The translations under genes were made by a program, and so were the position numbers. A stretch of 64,000 nucleotides of DNA from Rhizophagus irregularis. Lineage: Eukaryota. Numbering within the stretch: position 1 is the first letter of the stretch; each line of letters opens with the position of its first letter. The stretch lies in contig NC_089432.1 in NCBI RefSeq assembly GCF_026210795.1, positions 2,852,001 through 2,916,000 of the forward strand, written 5' to 3'. The notes beneath the pieces are model-generated. The model saw only the letters and a list, made by a program, of their open reading frames with translations. It searched no databases and was not told where the DNA came from. Of the stretch, positions 1-13,300 are shown one piece after another.

Positions 1-1352
1 ATGTTTAGTTGATTAGATTTCTAAATAAACAATGTTCATACAGCAAATTTATTATTAAAATGCAAAAGCATCTTAAAACATTAAGCAGAATAAACAAATT
101 TTAATTAACAAAAAATTTAAGATAATGAAATTTTATTTATAAATAACATTCCCATTGGAAATACTAAAACTAAAGATTAGATCCAGTATTTAATATTCAG
201 ATTTAAATCCAAATATCAAAAGAAATCAGATATAATAAATCTGGATGGAAAAAAGGAAACCAGATTTATCATATCTAACTAAAACTAATTTGATTTTATA
301 TCTAAATATAAGTTTCTTTCAGATTCACATTTAAAATTTTTAATTTTCCTCTTCTTTTTATTAATTAATCTTCTAATATTTCTACAATACATTAGAATTC
401 TTTGAATATAATAATTTTATTTATGTTCAGTGTTAAAAAGTCAAAAAATGAAACTGGTAAAAAATATTTGGAAAAAAATTTTAAGGGGAAAGGGGCTCAA
501 AAAAGGTGGTAAATTAATAAGAAAATGTTGGATCATCGATTCAAAGACATAATATTGTTGTACAGGTTCTTTCTTTAATTAAATAATACGTTGAGATATA
601 TCATATGGCCTCATGTCATGTTGTACCGATATACATCTCTAGTAATGATTTGCTGAGTTGCTAATGTAAAAATTTTTTTTTTTTTCCCTAAAATAAATTA
701 CTATGATATTATTTGGGTTTTTTGTTTTGTAAAATTAATAAGCATATAAATATTGCATTATTTCAACAATTAAAAGTATTTTATTAGATGTTACAGATGA
801 CCAATAAATTTATAATTTGTGTAACTTATCATGCATTATTGACGTCTCACAATAAACACTTGATTTCTAGAGTGATCGGTTATTTATAAATATGGTAAAT
901 AATTTATAAACAGAATGAATAATTTATATAAGATACATAATTATTTGAAATATTTTTTTCTCTAAAATTTGAAATTAATGCTAATGTATAGATTTTTCTA
1001 ATATAAATTGTATTATGTGTTAATATTTAATATAACAAATATTCAAAATATTCAAAAGCAACATTTATTTCAATCATTATCCATGTTTATATACTATATA
1101 ATTTAATAATGAAATATGTAATAATTAAATTTTGTAAAGACTGTTAGCTATTTTTATTTTTTTTATTTATTTATTTATTTGTTTTTTTTTTCTTTCTGTG
1201 ATCAATTATTAGAAATTATCACACAGCTAATTTGACAAATCTGAATAAATTTTAAAAAAAATTTCTAATTTACATACAAAATTATCTTGACCTTTATATA
1301 GAAATTTTTTATGACTATTACATAATTTTTGTTACATATAATATATAAAATA

Positions 1353-2976
1353 GAAAATTGCTAACCGTCGCCTGGGCCTGGGACCTCGATCACGTGACAG
1401 ATTTAATATTTTTGATTGGCCAGATTGGCCACATGATCGCGTCATGTTTATTTGTTTATCGAATCTCGTTTTTCAGTTTTTTCGGTCTGTTTTTTCGGTC
1501 TCAAGGTATTTTTCTTTTCTTTTATTTTTATTTCTAACTTACATTCTGGTTTCTTACTACTCTGTTTCATTATTTTTAGGTCCTTTAGTCCTTCCGGTTC
1601 TGTAATTAAGGTTCAGTTGTTTTTCACTTTACGTTTCGTTTCTTTATTTTTTATTATTTTTATTTTGTTTCTGTTTCATATTTCGGTTTTCAACGATTTT
1701 ATTTAGATATTTTAGTTCTTTCGGTTCTACAATTAATAATGGTATGTTTTTTTATTTTATTTTTTTATTTTTTTTATTTCGTTTCTATCTTATATTTCGT
1801 TCCTTACTAAACTTCAATTTTTTTTACTTTATCTGTTATGGTTTTATTTTTTACTTGGTTTCATCATTACCCAACCTCCTATCATGATCATTTTAATTTT
1901 TTATTTTTTGTATTACTTCTCATTATTCCATCCTTTCGTCTCCCATTATTTTCTATTACAACTTTTCATTTTCTATTATCTCTATCTTTTTCTCTCCTGT
2001 TTACTTCCCATCATTTCCTTTTGCCTCTCATCACTCCTTTTCGTCTTCCATCAACTCCTCTTCATCTTCCCATCACTTCTTTTCGTCTCCCATCGCTCAT
2101 TTTCGTCTTCCATCACTTCTTTTCGCCTCCCATCACTTCTTTTCGTCCCTCATCACTCCTTATCGTCTCCCATTACTCCTCTTCATCTTCCCATCACTCC
2201 TCTTCATCTTCCCATCGCTCATTTTCGTCTCCAATCACTCCTTTCGTCTTCCATCACTAATATTCGTCTCCCATCACTTCTTTTTGTTTCTAATCACTTC
2301 TTTCGTCTCCCATCGCTTCTCTTCATCTTCCTATCACATCTTTTCGTCTCCCATCACCCCTTTTACCTTTAATCACTCTTCTTCGTCTCCCATCACTCCT
2401 TATCGTCTCCATCACTTCTTTTCATCTTCCATCACTCATCTTCATCTTCCCATCACTTCTTTTCGTCTTCCATCACTCCTTTTTACCTCCCATCACTCCT
2501 TTTAATCTCTCATCATGTCCTATTTCTCCTTTTTGTTTCCTATCACTTCTCATTATTCTTTTTCATCTTCTATTACTTTCCATTACTCCATTGTTGTTTC
2601 ATTTTTTTTATTAGCATCTTTCTCCTTGATCATTGTAATTTACTTATTTTTTTTTATTTATTGTTATTGTTTTTTTTATTTGTATTGCTTCATTAAAAAT
2701 AAATACGGTGATTTTTTTCTTTAAGATCGTAAATGTGTGACTTAAATTTTAATATTTGTAAATAAAAATAAAATTTCATTAAAATAAGATTTATTTTGAA
2801 TAAATGTGTTTGCAAAAAATTTTTTTAAAAAACATCTTTGCAATAAAATTTTAAGTTTAACCAATCAAAAGTTAAAAAAATCAGCCATCAGCCGATTTAC
2901 TATATATTGTACATCATGTGACATATTTGAAAAAAAACCCAGGCAACAATCGCCCAGGCGACGGTTAGCAATTCCC
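1353..2976. mobile_element. Non-autonomous TIR DNA transposon, MULE-like
   Basis: TIRs GAAAATTGCTAACCGTCGCCTGGGC (1353-1377) and GCCCAGGCGACGGTTAGCAATTCCC (2952-2976). Flanking 9-mers TATAAAATA (1344-1352) and TATAAAAAA (2977-2985) match 8/9, a MULE-size TSD. No transposase ORF. Confidence 0.75.
1880..2600. repeat. Pyrimidine-rich degenerate ~20-bp tandem repeat (CCATCACTTCTTTTCGTCTC-like)
   Basis: Unit recurs many times. It explains the spurious overlapping S/F/H/P-rich ORFs at 1838-2724. An inverted homolog lies at ~29650-30160. Confidence 0.85.
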
Positions 2977-3151
2977 TATAAAAAATATTTTTATGGATGG
3001 TTTCAAAATTATAATACTACTTTTGTGATATATAGTTGATATTATCATAAATTTTTTTCCAAAAAAATTTCTTGCATTTTTGGCATTTTCTGAACAAATT
3101 TTGTTTAGTCAATGTTATTTTTACTTTTCCATGGGACAATAGAACAAATCT

Positions 3152-3800
3152 TGTTATATTACATAATCGTCTAGCCAGCGGAATTAAAAGATTATTATGC
3201 GGAACGTCCACCACGTGTCTGTCTAAGGTCAGGCCAGAGAAACGGCTGCCTTGGCTCTGGTAGCTCACCACCCTCGGGCACAATCGAGCTATCATGACCA
3301 ATTGGTAGACCATTAGGTCGCAAAACTGGGGGGAGTAATCCTTCCCATATAAAAAAGGAATGTTTAGAATATATACGTAAAATATACAATATACATAAAA
3401 TGTCTATAGAATATCCATAAAATATATAAAAAATATACAAAATGGGCTCACTGTATATAAAATGTACAAAAAAGTATATGAGTCCCCTTTGCATATATCC
3501 TATGTATTTTATGGACATTCTATAAACATTTTATGTATAATGTACATTTTATGTATGTTTTCTGAACATTCCTTTTTTATAGGGTTCTGATAGCCGAAAT
3601 CATGCTTTCATCCTTACTTTGGTGGGTCCTGGCGTTCTTAGAACTCCCCGTTTCCCGTTCCATTTTTACCACCAAGGTGACACCTTGTAGCGGTTTGGTT
3701 TTCAATTTTCGAATTGCTATTGATTTTGTTTTAAAGTCTTTGTAATTTTTACTGTAACTTCGTTCACTTCGTGAAATAAAAATAAAAATAAAATATTACA
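3152..3800 (+). mobile_element. Possible solo LTR, interrupted by a MITE
   Basis: GC-richer block starting TGTTATATT and ending AATATTACA (TG...CA, 8/9 inverted repeat), with AATAAA motifs near the 3' end. No convincing TSD. Confidence 0.35.
3345..3584. mobile_element. MITE with CC-starting TIRs and 3-bp TSD (CMC/EnSpm-like)
   Basis: CCATATAAAAAAGGAATGTTTAGAA ... TTCTGAACATTCCTTTTTTATAGGG, with TTC on both sides (3342-3344, 3585-3587). Confidence 0.7.
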
Positions 3801-3871
3801 CAACCAGATTATGTTGTGTAACCTGGAAATTATTTACAAACACTATTCCGAATAGGACCCAGAAATATATA

Positions 3872-4835
3872 AACTCCCCCAGCGTAACAGTCAAAAAAAT
3901 CTTGGGCACGTGATTCATGTGATTTGACTGCGGCTAAGTGTGGCTATGGAAATTGCAATACGCAGTTATTGCTAAATTAACTTCCTAAAGTCAACACTAA
4001 CTCCAAAAGTAAAAGTTTCGGCCTAAACTAACCTTCCTTACCTAACCCTAAGATACTCCAATGTCTACGTTATTTTCAAGGATAAGTATTTCCGCCTAAA
4101 ACAACTTTCCTTACCCTAACCCTAAGAAACTCCAACATCAATTTATCTTCAAAGATAAGTATTTCAGCCTAAAGTAACTTTCCTTACCCTAAGATACTTC
4201 ACTCCAAAGATGATTGCTTGAGAATATAATGAAATTTTATAGATATTAATTCATAAGAGTAAAACAAATTCTTTTAAATTAATAAATTATTGTAATTATT
4301 TTATTTAATATTAATTTGACAATAAAATTTATTCAATTTTAATTTATTAAAATACATTAATTTAAAATAAATTATTTTAAATAATGAGTGCTATCAATAT
4401 GCCTTCCATGTTAATGACATGGTTCACTTATTTTGCCTTACTAATTTTTGATGCAGACTAGTTTTGCTTTTCTAGAAGAGAAGGTAGCATTAATTAGGCT
4501 GTCAAATAACAGTTGCAAATTAGTTTGTTGAACTGGTATTATTGCTTACTTGGTGATTTCCAAGATATTAGGTTTATTCTACAAATTTCATATATTTCTG
4601 CAAGTAGCTATTGTAAATAAAATAAGCCAACTTTTTTTTTTAAAAATAAAAATTTGTATTCTTTGGTATTGGTAATGTAGACGCGAAAAGAAAGGAAAGC
4701 TTTAAATAATAGCTTAAATAATACGCGATAAATATTTAAATAGATCAGTTGCCACAAACTGCACCGTATGTAACAAAATCACATGCCCAAAAATCACATG
4801 CCCGAGCTTTTTTTGATGGTGTTACTGGGGAAGAT
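3872..4835. mobile_element. Non-autonomous MULE-like element with 10-bp TSD
   Basis: Imperfect ~45-bp TIRs (AACTCCCCCAG...TCAAAAAAATCTTGGGCACGTGATT vs AATCACATGCCCGAGCTTTTTTTGA...CTGGGGAAGAT). Perfect TSD GAAATATATA at 3862-3871 and 4836-4845. Confidence 0.75.
4017..4200. repeat. Three ~70-bp tandem units with CCCTAA motifs
   Basis: GCCTAAA..AAC(T/C)TTCCTTACC(C)TAA(CCCTAA)GA(T/A)ACT repeated about 3 times inside the 3872-4835 element. Confidence 0.7.
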
Positions 4836-5027
4836 GAAATATATATATAGGGTCAGGTGATGAGAAAAATTTTTTACTATGAACTGTACGCATTTTTTCA
4901 GGGCCGGAATTATGATAATGTCAGTCGGTTACTATAATAGGAAATAAAATTCTGACTGGTATTATCTAAAAAAGGAAAGATTTTCATGACTTTTTTAGTT
5001 CAAAACTTCAAATACGCCTTTTATATA

Positions 5028-5746
5028 TAGTGCTTCGATCCGGATGAAATCCGTCATCCGGATTACACAAAAAAAAAATCCGGATTATATCCAGTTTGAT
5101 CCGGATTGAAATCCGGGTCAGAAATCCAGGTGAAATCCGGAATCCGGATCAGATTTCATATATAAAATTTTTTAGATTGCATATGACGATCCATATTAGA
5201 GATAATGGTACTTATTAATACAATTTGGTAGGTTTTTTTAAATTTTGTAGCCTTTTTTCCGATTTGATTATTGAATTTGAATTAGCTTATTTTATCATAA
5301 TTCGGGCCGGCACTATTAATTTGGCCTGAGTTACAAATTTTATTCAAATTTTGATAAAATCAGGCTTAAAAAACAATATCGCTTCTTAAATTATGATTTT
5401 ACTTAATAAGATTAATAAAAATGTAAAAATAATTTTCACTTTAATTATATTAAATAAATTAATAATAAATAAATAATTTTTTACTAATCATCAATTTATC
5501 GTTGTTCATGACAAAATTTATATATTACAAAATTATTTATCAGTTGCGAAACTAATAGACTATTTATTTATTACAAAATCTATAAAAAATATTAGAAAAA
5601 ATTTTTTTTTTCTATCCAGATTCCGGATGAATCCGGATATTTTTCATCTGGATCAAAATCTGGATCAAAACCGGATATCCGGATGAAAAAAAAATCCGGA
5701 TTCATCCGGATTCATCCGGATGGACTAGAAACGGATCGAAGCACTA
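5028..5746. mobile_element. hAT-type MITE (TAGTGCTTCGATCC family)
   Basis: 15-bp TIR TAGTGCTTCGATCCG / CGGATCGAAGCACTA. Perfect 8-bp TSD TTTATATA. Clustered subterminal ATCCGGAT motifs. Confidence 0.92.
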
Positions 5747-6003
5747 TTTATATATATATTTCTGGGTCCTTTCCAAATGATCATCACAAATTTTTTAACG
5801 AAATGCAAAATGAGACTGATACGCCACAGTCGCCACACTGCCACACAAAAAGTCACGTGCCGGTGATTTTTTGGACCATACATTTACTAATTTGATTATA
5901 TGGAAATTTATTTATAAGAACTATTCTGAATGATCATCAATTAATTTTTGACCATAAAGAACCATTTTTGTTGATAAAATTTTTTGGTTTACTTCATTGC
6001 ACT

Positions 6004-8467
6004 ATGTATAATAAAAACCATTTTTGCAAAATCCAAAATGACAAAAATAACAATGAATGGGTTGATTGGATCGAAGAAGCACTTGCTAAAGGATATTTTA
6101 AATATTACGAGATTGAAACGTTTAAAAATATTCAAGTGATTGGTTCCGGAGCATTTGGAAAAGTTTATCGTGCAAATTGGAAAAATGTTGAACGTTATTT
6201 AGCGTTGAAATCTTTTTTTAATCTTGATAACATCACCGTAAAAGAAATTGTTCATGAGGTAAATTTATTATTAAAAAAAAAAAAATTTTTTTAAATTGTA
6301 CATTTCTTTTAAATACATTTTATATTTTCTTAAAAATCCATAATATAGCTTAAACTACAACGAGATGTAGATTTTCATGGCAATGTTATTCGCTTTTATG
6401 GAATTACAAAATTGGAGTCAGGTATTGATAAATTACTAAATTCATAATATTTACTTAAAATTTATTTTTATTTTTATTTTTTTTTGCAAAAACTAATAAA
6501 ACTTTATTTCTTTTCTTTGTTAGAAAATAAAATCGACCAAACAATAAATTATATGTTGGTAATGGAGTACGCAGACGGTGGTACTCTTCGAGATTATTTG
6601 AAAAATAATTTTAATAGACTTACTTGGACCGATAAATATAATTTAGCTTATCAATTAGCTTGTTCTGTATCATGTCTACATGACGAAGGGATCGTTCACC
6701 GAGACCTGGTAATCTTTTTTTTTAATATAAAATAATAATATGATTATTCATAGAAGCTAACTTGCATTTATTTGTATTAGCATTCCCGTAATGTGTTAGT
6801 TCATCAGAATTCTATCAGATTGGCGGACTTTGGGTTATCTAAAAGGATCGACGAAGCATCTAGAACACGTTCAAAATTACTTGGTATGACTCCCTATATT
6901 GATCCAAAAGTATTATTGAACAACAATTTAAAATTAAATAAGAAGAGCGATGTGTATAGTATTGGCGTATTGTTATGGGAAATATCAAGCGGGTACCCAC
7001 CATTTCATTATGAGCCAAATCAGGTTAGTTTAATCTATGAAATTTCACAAAATCGAAGGGAAGAAATAATTCCTAATACTCCATATAATTATTCTAATCT
7101 CTATACTGGTAAATATAATTTCAATATTAAATACTGTATAAACATTTTTCAAAATAATTGTTTAATTAAATAAATATTATTAATTATTAGAGTGTTGGAA
7201 TGGTGAACCAATCAATCGACCAAATATACATGAAGTTGTTAATAGGCTAAAATTTATTTTAAATTTTAGTAATAGTATAACAGCTTGTCAACGGAATGAT
7301 ATGAATTATATGTCTAACCAAACTAATTCCAGGCTAAGGGAAATTCTAACTCCTAGTAGTACTAAAATTTCATTACATGGAGAATTATCTCAAATGATCG
7401 AAAATTTTAATAATATGAATACAAATGACATAGATAGGATGACTACAAATAGACAAATTAATGTTAATATTTTATCTGTGCAATTAAGCATTGTAGCTAA
7501 AGAAATAGCTGATCTTATTTTTAGGGAAATTAATGTAAGAAATATGGTGAATGAGAAACATGTTTTTGATTGTCTTAGAAATCATAATGTAAATTCAAGA
7601 GAAATTTTTGATTGGATATTAAATGATCAAAACAACCTAAATTCCATTTTTTTACTTGGATATTTTTTTTATTGTGGAATTGAAACAGGTAGGAATGAGT
7701 ATAAAGCATTTGGTTTATTTAATTATGCGTCGGGACAGGGTCATTTATTAGCACAACGTTATGTTGGAGAATGTTATGAATTTGGAAGAGGAATTACAAA
7801 AAATGAAGATGTAGCTTACGAATATTATAAAACATTGGCTCGTAAGGGTTATGCAATGGGACAATTTAAATTAGGTTGTTTCTTTGAATACGGATTAGTT
7901 GTTAGAAAGAATCTAGAAATAGCTGCATATTGGTATGAAAAAGCTGCATATCATGGAAATTTGGTAGCTTCGAAAGCTCTTGGTTATTTATATATGGTTG
8001 GAAATGGTGTTGATGAAAATCATCAAAAGGCTTTTGAATTATTCAAAAAATCAGCGGAAGGAGAAGATTTAGATGGAATTGTGTTGTTAGGAAATTGCTA
8101 TAGTGATGGAATTGGAATTAGTATTGATAAGCCAAAAGCAGCTGCATTATATCAGAAGGCTGCATGTTTAGGACATAAGGTAGCTCAATATAATCTTTCT
8201 ATAATTTATGATGAAGGAGTCGGTATTGAAAAAGATTTAGATAGAGCGATTTACTGGTATAATCGTTCTAAAGAAGATGTTTCTTTTGATGATGATAATC
8301 ATTCTTCCGTATCTTTTTCATCTAATTCTAACGATAATACTGATGATGATAACGATAATTATGATGATGATGACGGCGAAGAGAGTAACCATTACCGTAT
8401 TCAACGCAACCCCGAAAATAAGCAACATGGGCGGAATTATGGCATTTTTTTTGGCCCGCATTACTAA
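6004..8467 (+). CDS. Tyrosine-kinase-like protein kinase with C-terminal Sel1-like repeats (5 exons)
   Basis: Predicted exons 6004-6258, 6349-6421, 6524-6708, 6781-7108, 7191-8467, with GT-AG introns and consistent phases. Motifs GSGAFGKV, ALK, HRDLHSRN, DFG, SDVYSIG, followed by Sel1 repeats (e.g. AQYNLSIIYDEGVGIEKDLDRAIYWY) and an acidic tail. Confidence 0.92.
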
Positions 8468-8823
8468 ATCTTGGCTCGCATTACGTGCAAAAGTTGTTGC
8501 TTATTTTCGGATGAATACGTATTATAGATGCCTCTAAATTGATTTTTAGAGCCGATTCTCAATTTTCGTTCTATTAATGAATTTGTATCATTTGTATAAA
8601 AACATAAATTTCAATTATTTGAATTATTTATGTAGCATTGTATTTTTGTTTAGAATAAAATTATAATTATAAGATTTATAATAAATGATTAAATTTCCTG
8701 ATTTCCATTAAATGTTTTAAAATTGTTGTGTGGCATTTTAAAAGAAAATAATGACAGAATGTTAATTTTCCAACTAAAATTAAAAATAAATTGATTAAAT
8801 AGTCAACAAACTAACTTTATTAA

Positions 8824-9410
8824 TTGCCGATCCGCCTAAAAACGGCACTGCGTTACTAATAAAATTCGGGGATAATAGCGATAATAAAAAAAAGCATTTT
8901 TTGCATCTCGCGCGCGAAATAAGTTTCACCCATTTTACAAACAGAAATATCATAAAAACAATATTTTCTTTCATTTTATGACAAGTCATATTTGCCAAAA
9001 AATTTTATAATTATATTTCTGTAACTGGTTTTCTTCAACTTTCACTTGTTTTTAATAATAAAAATATTTTAAAAAAGCTTTTAAAACCAACTTTAGAAGC
9101 TAAAAATTATAGGTTTTTATTGTAAATAATGCAATATAGTAAAATGAAATATTGAAATTTCGTATATTTTAAGGTGTAAATCTGACGCGCGCGCATAGTA
9201 AACTCATTATTTTGCATACGAATGTATAACTTTTTTTTGCAAATTCGTTTTTTTCAAGTATTTTTTCAGTATATCATATGATTTTTTTTTTATAGTCAAT
9301 ATGTCATCTATGAGATATCCTTTTTTGAAGTTTGTGTTCTAGCACAAAATCGGCAAATTTAACCCCGAATTTTATTAGTAACGCAGTGCCGATTTTAGGC
9401 GGATCGGCAA
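8824..9410. mobile_element. MITE with ~48-bp TIRs flanked by TTAA
   Basis: TTGCCGATCCGCCTAAAAACGGCACTGCGTTACTAATAAAATTCGGGG and its near-perfect reverse complement at 9363-9410. TTAA at 8820-8823 and 9411-9414. Superfamily not assigned. Confidence 0.85.
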
Positions 9411-10398
9411 TTAATTAAATACCGTAGTTCTTAGACGCTGTATTTTATGTCTAATTACCTCGTAACAATTACATTGTCTTAAACTTGGTATTACTATTGT
9501 TATTACACTTAAGATTTTAAATTTCATATAACATTACTTTGTTATGTATAACTAATTGGTACTAAGTTTTTTGAGCCAAAAAGCGGTTTTTTGACAAGGA
9601 TTTGATGTAATCATAATTTTGATAATTTTTGCTTCAGTAATTGTCCATGTAAAAGTACTTACACTTTACAGTTAATATAGCTAACTTTAAATCCATCATA
9701 AATTAACATTCTTAACATCATTCTATCAGATGTTGTAAATTTTGTTTAAAGAAAAAAAAATAAAAAAAAATTATCCAGTAATTTTTTCTTTAAAAGAAAC
9801 ACGGAAATTTCCGTAATAATTATCTTACGGAATTAACTCATCCGCACTTTATTTTATCCAAACTGGTATTTATATAAATGTGACATCCATTTTTAGCTAA
9901 CAGTAACTTACTATATTTGGATAAATGTAAGAAATCATTGACTGTTGCAAAATACATTTTTAATAGTCCAAAGACAGCTAATTTGATATTAATTTATTAT
10001 TTATCGGATTAATATAAATGTAATAGACGTTAACTAATTTAGAAAATTATTTTGAGTTTAATGAAATAAGTAAATTATCAAATCATGGACGCGCGATTCC
10101 TTTAATGAGTTTAATGTGTAATATGATAATAACAGATGGCATCTGCCAATTTCGTATAATACTATATTATAATTATAATTAATGTTAATTAATAAAAAAA
10201 CCCCCGAATAAAATTTTACTTCCAAATAATGGGATCTACCGTTAGTATACTCTAATAATAAATAAAATTTCTTTCATTTTGACCATTTTGATTTTCTAAA
10301 GGAAATAATTGATCAATTAAATTAAAAGCACATTTAAAAAAATTTTGCGAATTTGTTTTTCAACTAATAATAAAACCTCTGCATTAACTTTATTAATA

Positions 10399-13300
10399 CT
10401 AGGAAACGGTAACCGTTGGTGCGTCCGAAGCGTCATAAATCACATGTTCATAAATTTAAACTATAAAATGTAATACTAATAATGTAACACTAAAAATGTA
10501 ACACTAAAAATGTAGTAAAAAAATGTAACACTAAAGTAATTGTATCACTAAAAAATGTCATTTTATTATCATACTTTGTATTACGTTGCAAATTTTCAAT
10601 TTATTCCCATGATTGTCAAAAAAAAAAATAATTATTAATGTGAATTTTGAAGAGTCATTAACCTTGATTCTTCTTCTATTCTTTCTTCTAATCTTTTGAG
10701 AGATTTGATGCGCTGGAGTCTTTCAAAGGAAAATGGGCTAAAGAGAATATCTTTAAGAGCACAGACTCGTGAAATAGCCACGAATGATTGTCCAGCTGCA
10801 TACTCCTTTTTTCCAATATCTATCACCGCTTTTTGTAAAGTTAAACCCTGACTTTTATGAATAGTAATAGCCCACGCAAGGCAAATAGGTACTTGCAAGC
10901 GTGAGCAAGTTACTTTTTTCCCCTCCCAACTGTATCTAATTGGTGAAACCGGCACAAGCCTTTTACCTTCTTCAGTAACAATAGCCGGCCCATAATAATT
11001 GTCAAATTCTATAAGAACAGCAATAGGAAGTGAAGGAGGGGACTGGTTTTCTTCGAATATGATTTCTTGGACAGTACCCAACGATCCATTGACCAAACCA
11101 ACTTCTGTCCATAAGTTAATCCTAAGCATAACTCTTGCTCCTCTTGCCAATAATAATTGAGCCTCAAGTCCTTTTGCCAGCTCAGGATCAGCTTTACTCG
11201 TCTCTTTACCTCCTGTATGGATAGCTTTGATTAGAGCAACAGGACAATTTAACGATTTAAGCTTATTAACATTAAATTCAGCAACATCGGACTTCCGATA
11301 CATGATACATATGGCATCTGAGAATTCTGCTGATGTAATATTTGTTCCGTTGCTGAATTGAGTAGTAAGTTCTTTCCAGTCATCTAGTGTTGATTCACCA
11401 TCACGCATTCGCAATAATATGGCTCTAAACTTGCGCTGTACATCCGAATCACCTGACTGACGTTGAATAACATCGAGCTTATAAACTTCACGGAACTGTC
11501 TATATGTCTTGATACCTTCATTTGACAATGTATCTCGAGAAATTTTTGAGTACATTGGTTCATCACGTACCGGCGGAAGCTGGCCAAAATCTCCAACCAA
11601 TATTATTGAGCGTCCACCAAAGACTTTATTTTGTTTCTGAGGGAAAGCTTGGCGTAATCTCATGTTGATTAAGGCAAGCATACGACGCCCTACCATACTT
11701 TTTTCATCTATAATTAAATATTCTACGCCTTCTAATTTTTTCTGTAACTTTTTCAGGCGTTCACCATTTAGATCTAGCTTATTGTTGGATATAGGAATTG
11801 AAAGCGCTGAATGTATTGTTATGCCGCGAATGTTGAAGGCCGCTACTCCGGTTGGCGCAAGCACTAAAACAGGTGAATGCTCAGTTATATTGTTATTTCT
11901 TGCAATTTCTTGCAAACGAGATCGAATCATATTAATTAAATACGACTTTCCAGTGCCTGCAGTTCCCATTACAATAACATTGAGCGCGTCAACGTTACCA
12001 GGATTCAATATTAATGCTTGATAATGAGATTCAACTCGCTCAAAGATTATTTTTTGTTTTTCATTTAATGTATGGGGGTCTACAACACGATCAGTGACAT
12101 TATCATTCTGTTCAACATACAAATTACGAGCATTTTGTATGAAATTGGGAGAATCAGCAAGATCAATATTGGTATAACGCTGTCTAACATCGCCAACCCA
12201 GTCATAATTTCTATCAATCTCACGTAAACCCAATTCAGAAGAACCTTCTAAAATCGCGTCCGGTCTCATTTCTGATAAGATCATCCAGTCAGGCCGCTGT
12301 TCTTCATCATCATCAAATTCCTCGTATTCGTAATCACTATCTTCATCATTTGATTCGTTCTCTAAGTTATCTACTGGAGGACCAAGTATGTCAACAGGAT
12401 CGTTTTCAATTATCTCACGATGGCGATAATAGAGTTCTGACCATGATATAGTATTGTTTTCGGTTAATTGGGAAAGGTCACGATGGCACACATGAAGAAG
12501 AACTTTTACACGGCAAAATTCTTCCCATTGAGGTCCATCAATCTGAGGTGAAGGTCGTGGCCAAATACGAACTATATTTTCTTTTTTACATGGTTTCCAC
12601 TGACCTTTCCAAAAGTTATATTGTAGGTGAAGCCGGAAAAGTGAAACATCATCAAGTTCAGCAGGACAAACCCAGTACTTTTGCAAAGGAGACTGTACTG
12701 TTTGGCCAACTTCACTATCGGCCAAAAATGATTCTTCGTTGTTGTCTCCCGTTCCACAAAGCCATCGATGCGTTAATTTGTTAAGGTTTAAAGTGACAAA
12801 CCGGCGACTTGAATGATATAAAGGAATACTGAGCAGCAGATGGCAAGTTTCCTGTGCCGAAATATCACGTTCAGCGACAGTATGGAGTAATAAACCTTGG
12901 AAAACAGGCAAAGACGAAGCATCAGGAGCATTTTCGTTGAGAATCTTGTTCAAGATCTCAGAAAAAGCGGCTGAGCGTGGTTCCGATTTGCTGGCGTACT
13001 TTGACACGTACTGTAAAGCCGTATTCATGCTGAGTATCGGTTTTAAATCAACGTTCGCTCGCCAACCTTGGAGTTGCAATCGATCATGAGGGTTGACATA
13101 CTCATCGTTTCTTGCCGTTATTAACTCAGGTTGTCCTTTATTATCTCGTAAGTACGTGTCATTAGTGATCTCTTTTGGATAACCAAATCTGCAAATATTT
13201 TTACCTGCGCGATCCACACGAAGACAATACGCAGGATTACATCTAGTATGACGCTGCAGTTTGTTGACTAACTCAATGTAATCTTGCAGGTCATCACTCA

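Larger units (their letters stand above)
3854..5770. mobile_element. Outer MITE hosting two nested elements
   Basis: TIR AGGACCCAGAAATATATA (3854-3871) / TATATATTTCTGGGTCCT (5753-5770). Flanks TTCCGAAT / TTCCAAAT form an 8-bp TSD with 1 mismatch. Confidence 0.7.

Noticed and set aside
1452..2724. Overlapping F/S/H/L-rich ORFs
   Set aside because: By-products of pyrimidine-rich repeats inside a TIR element, open in several frames, with no domain.
4017..4200. Telomere or interstitial telomeric array
   Set aside because: Only one or two CCCTAA hexamers per 70-bp unit, inside a transposon.
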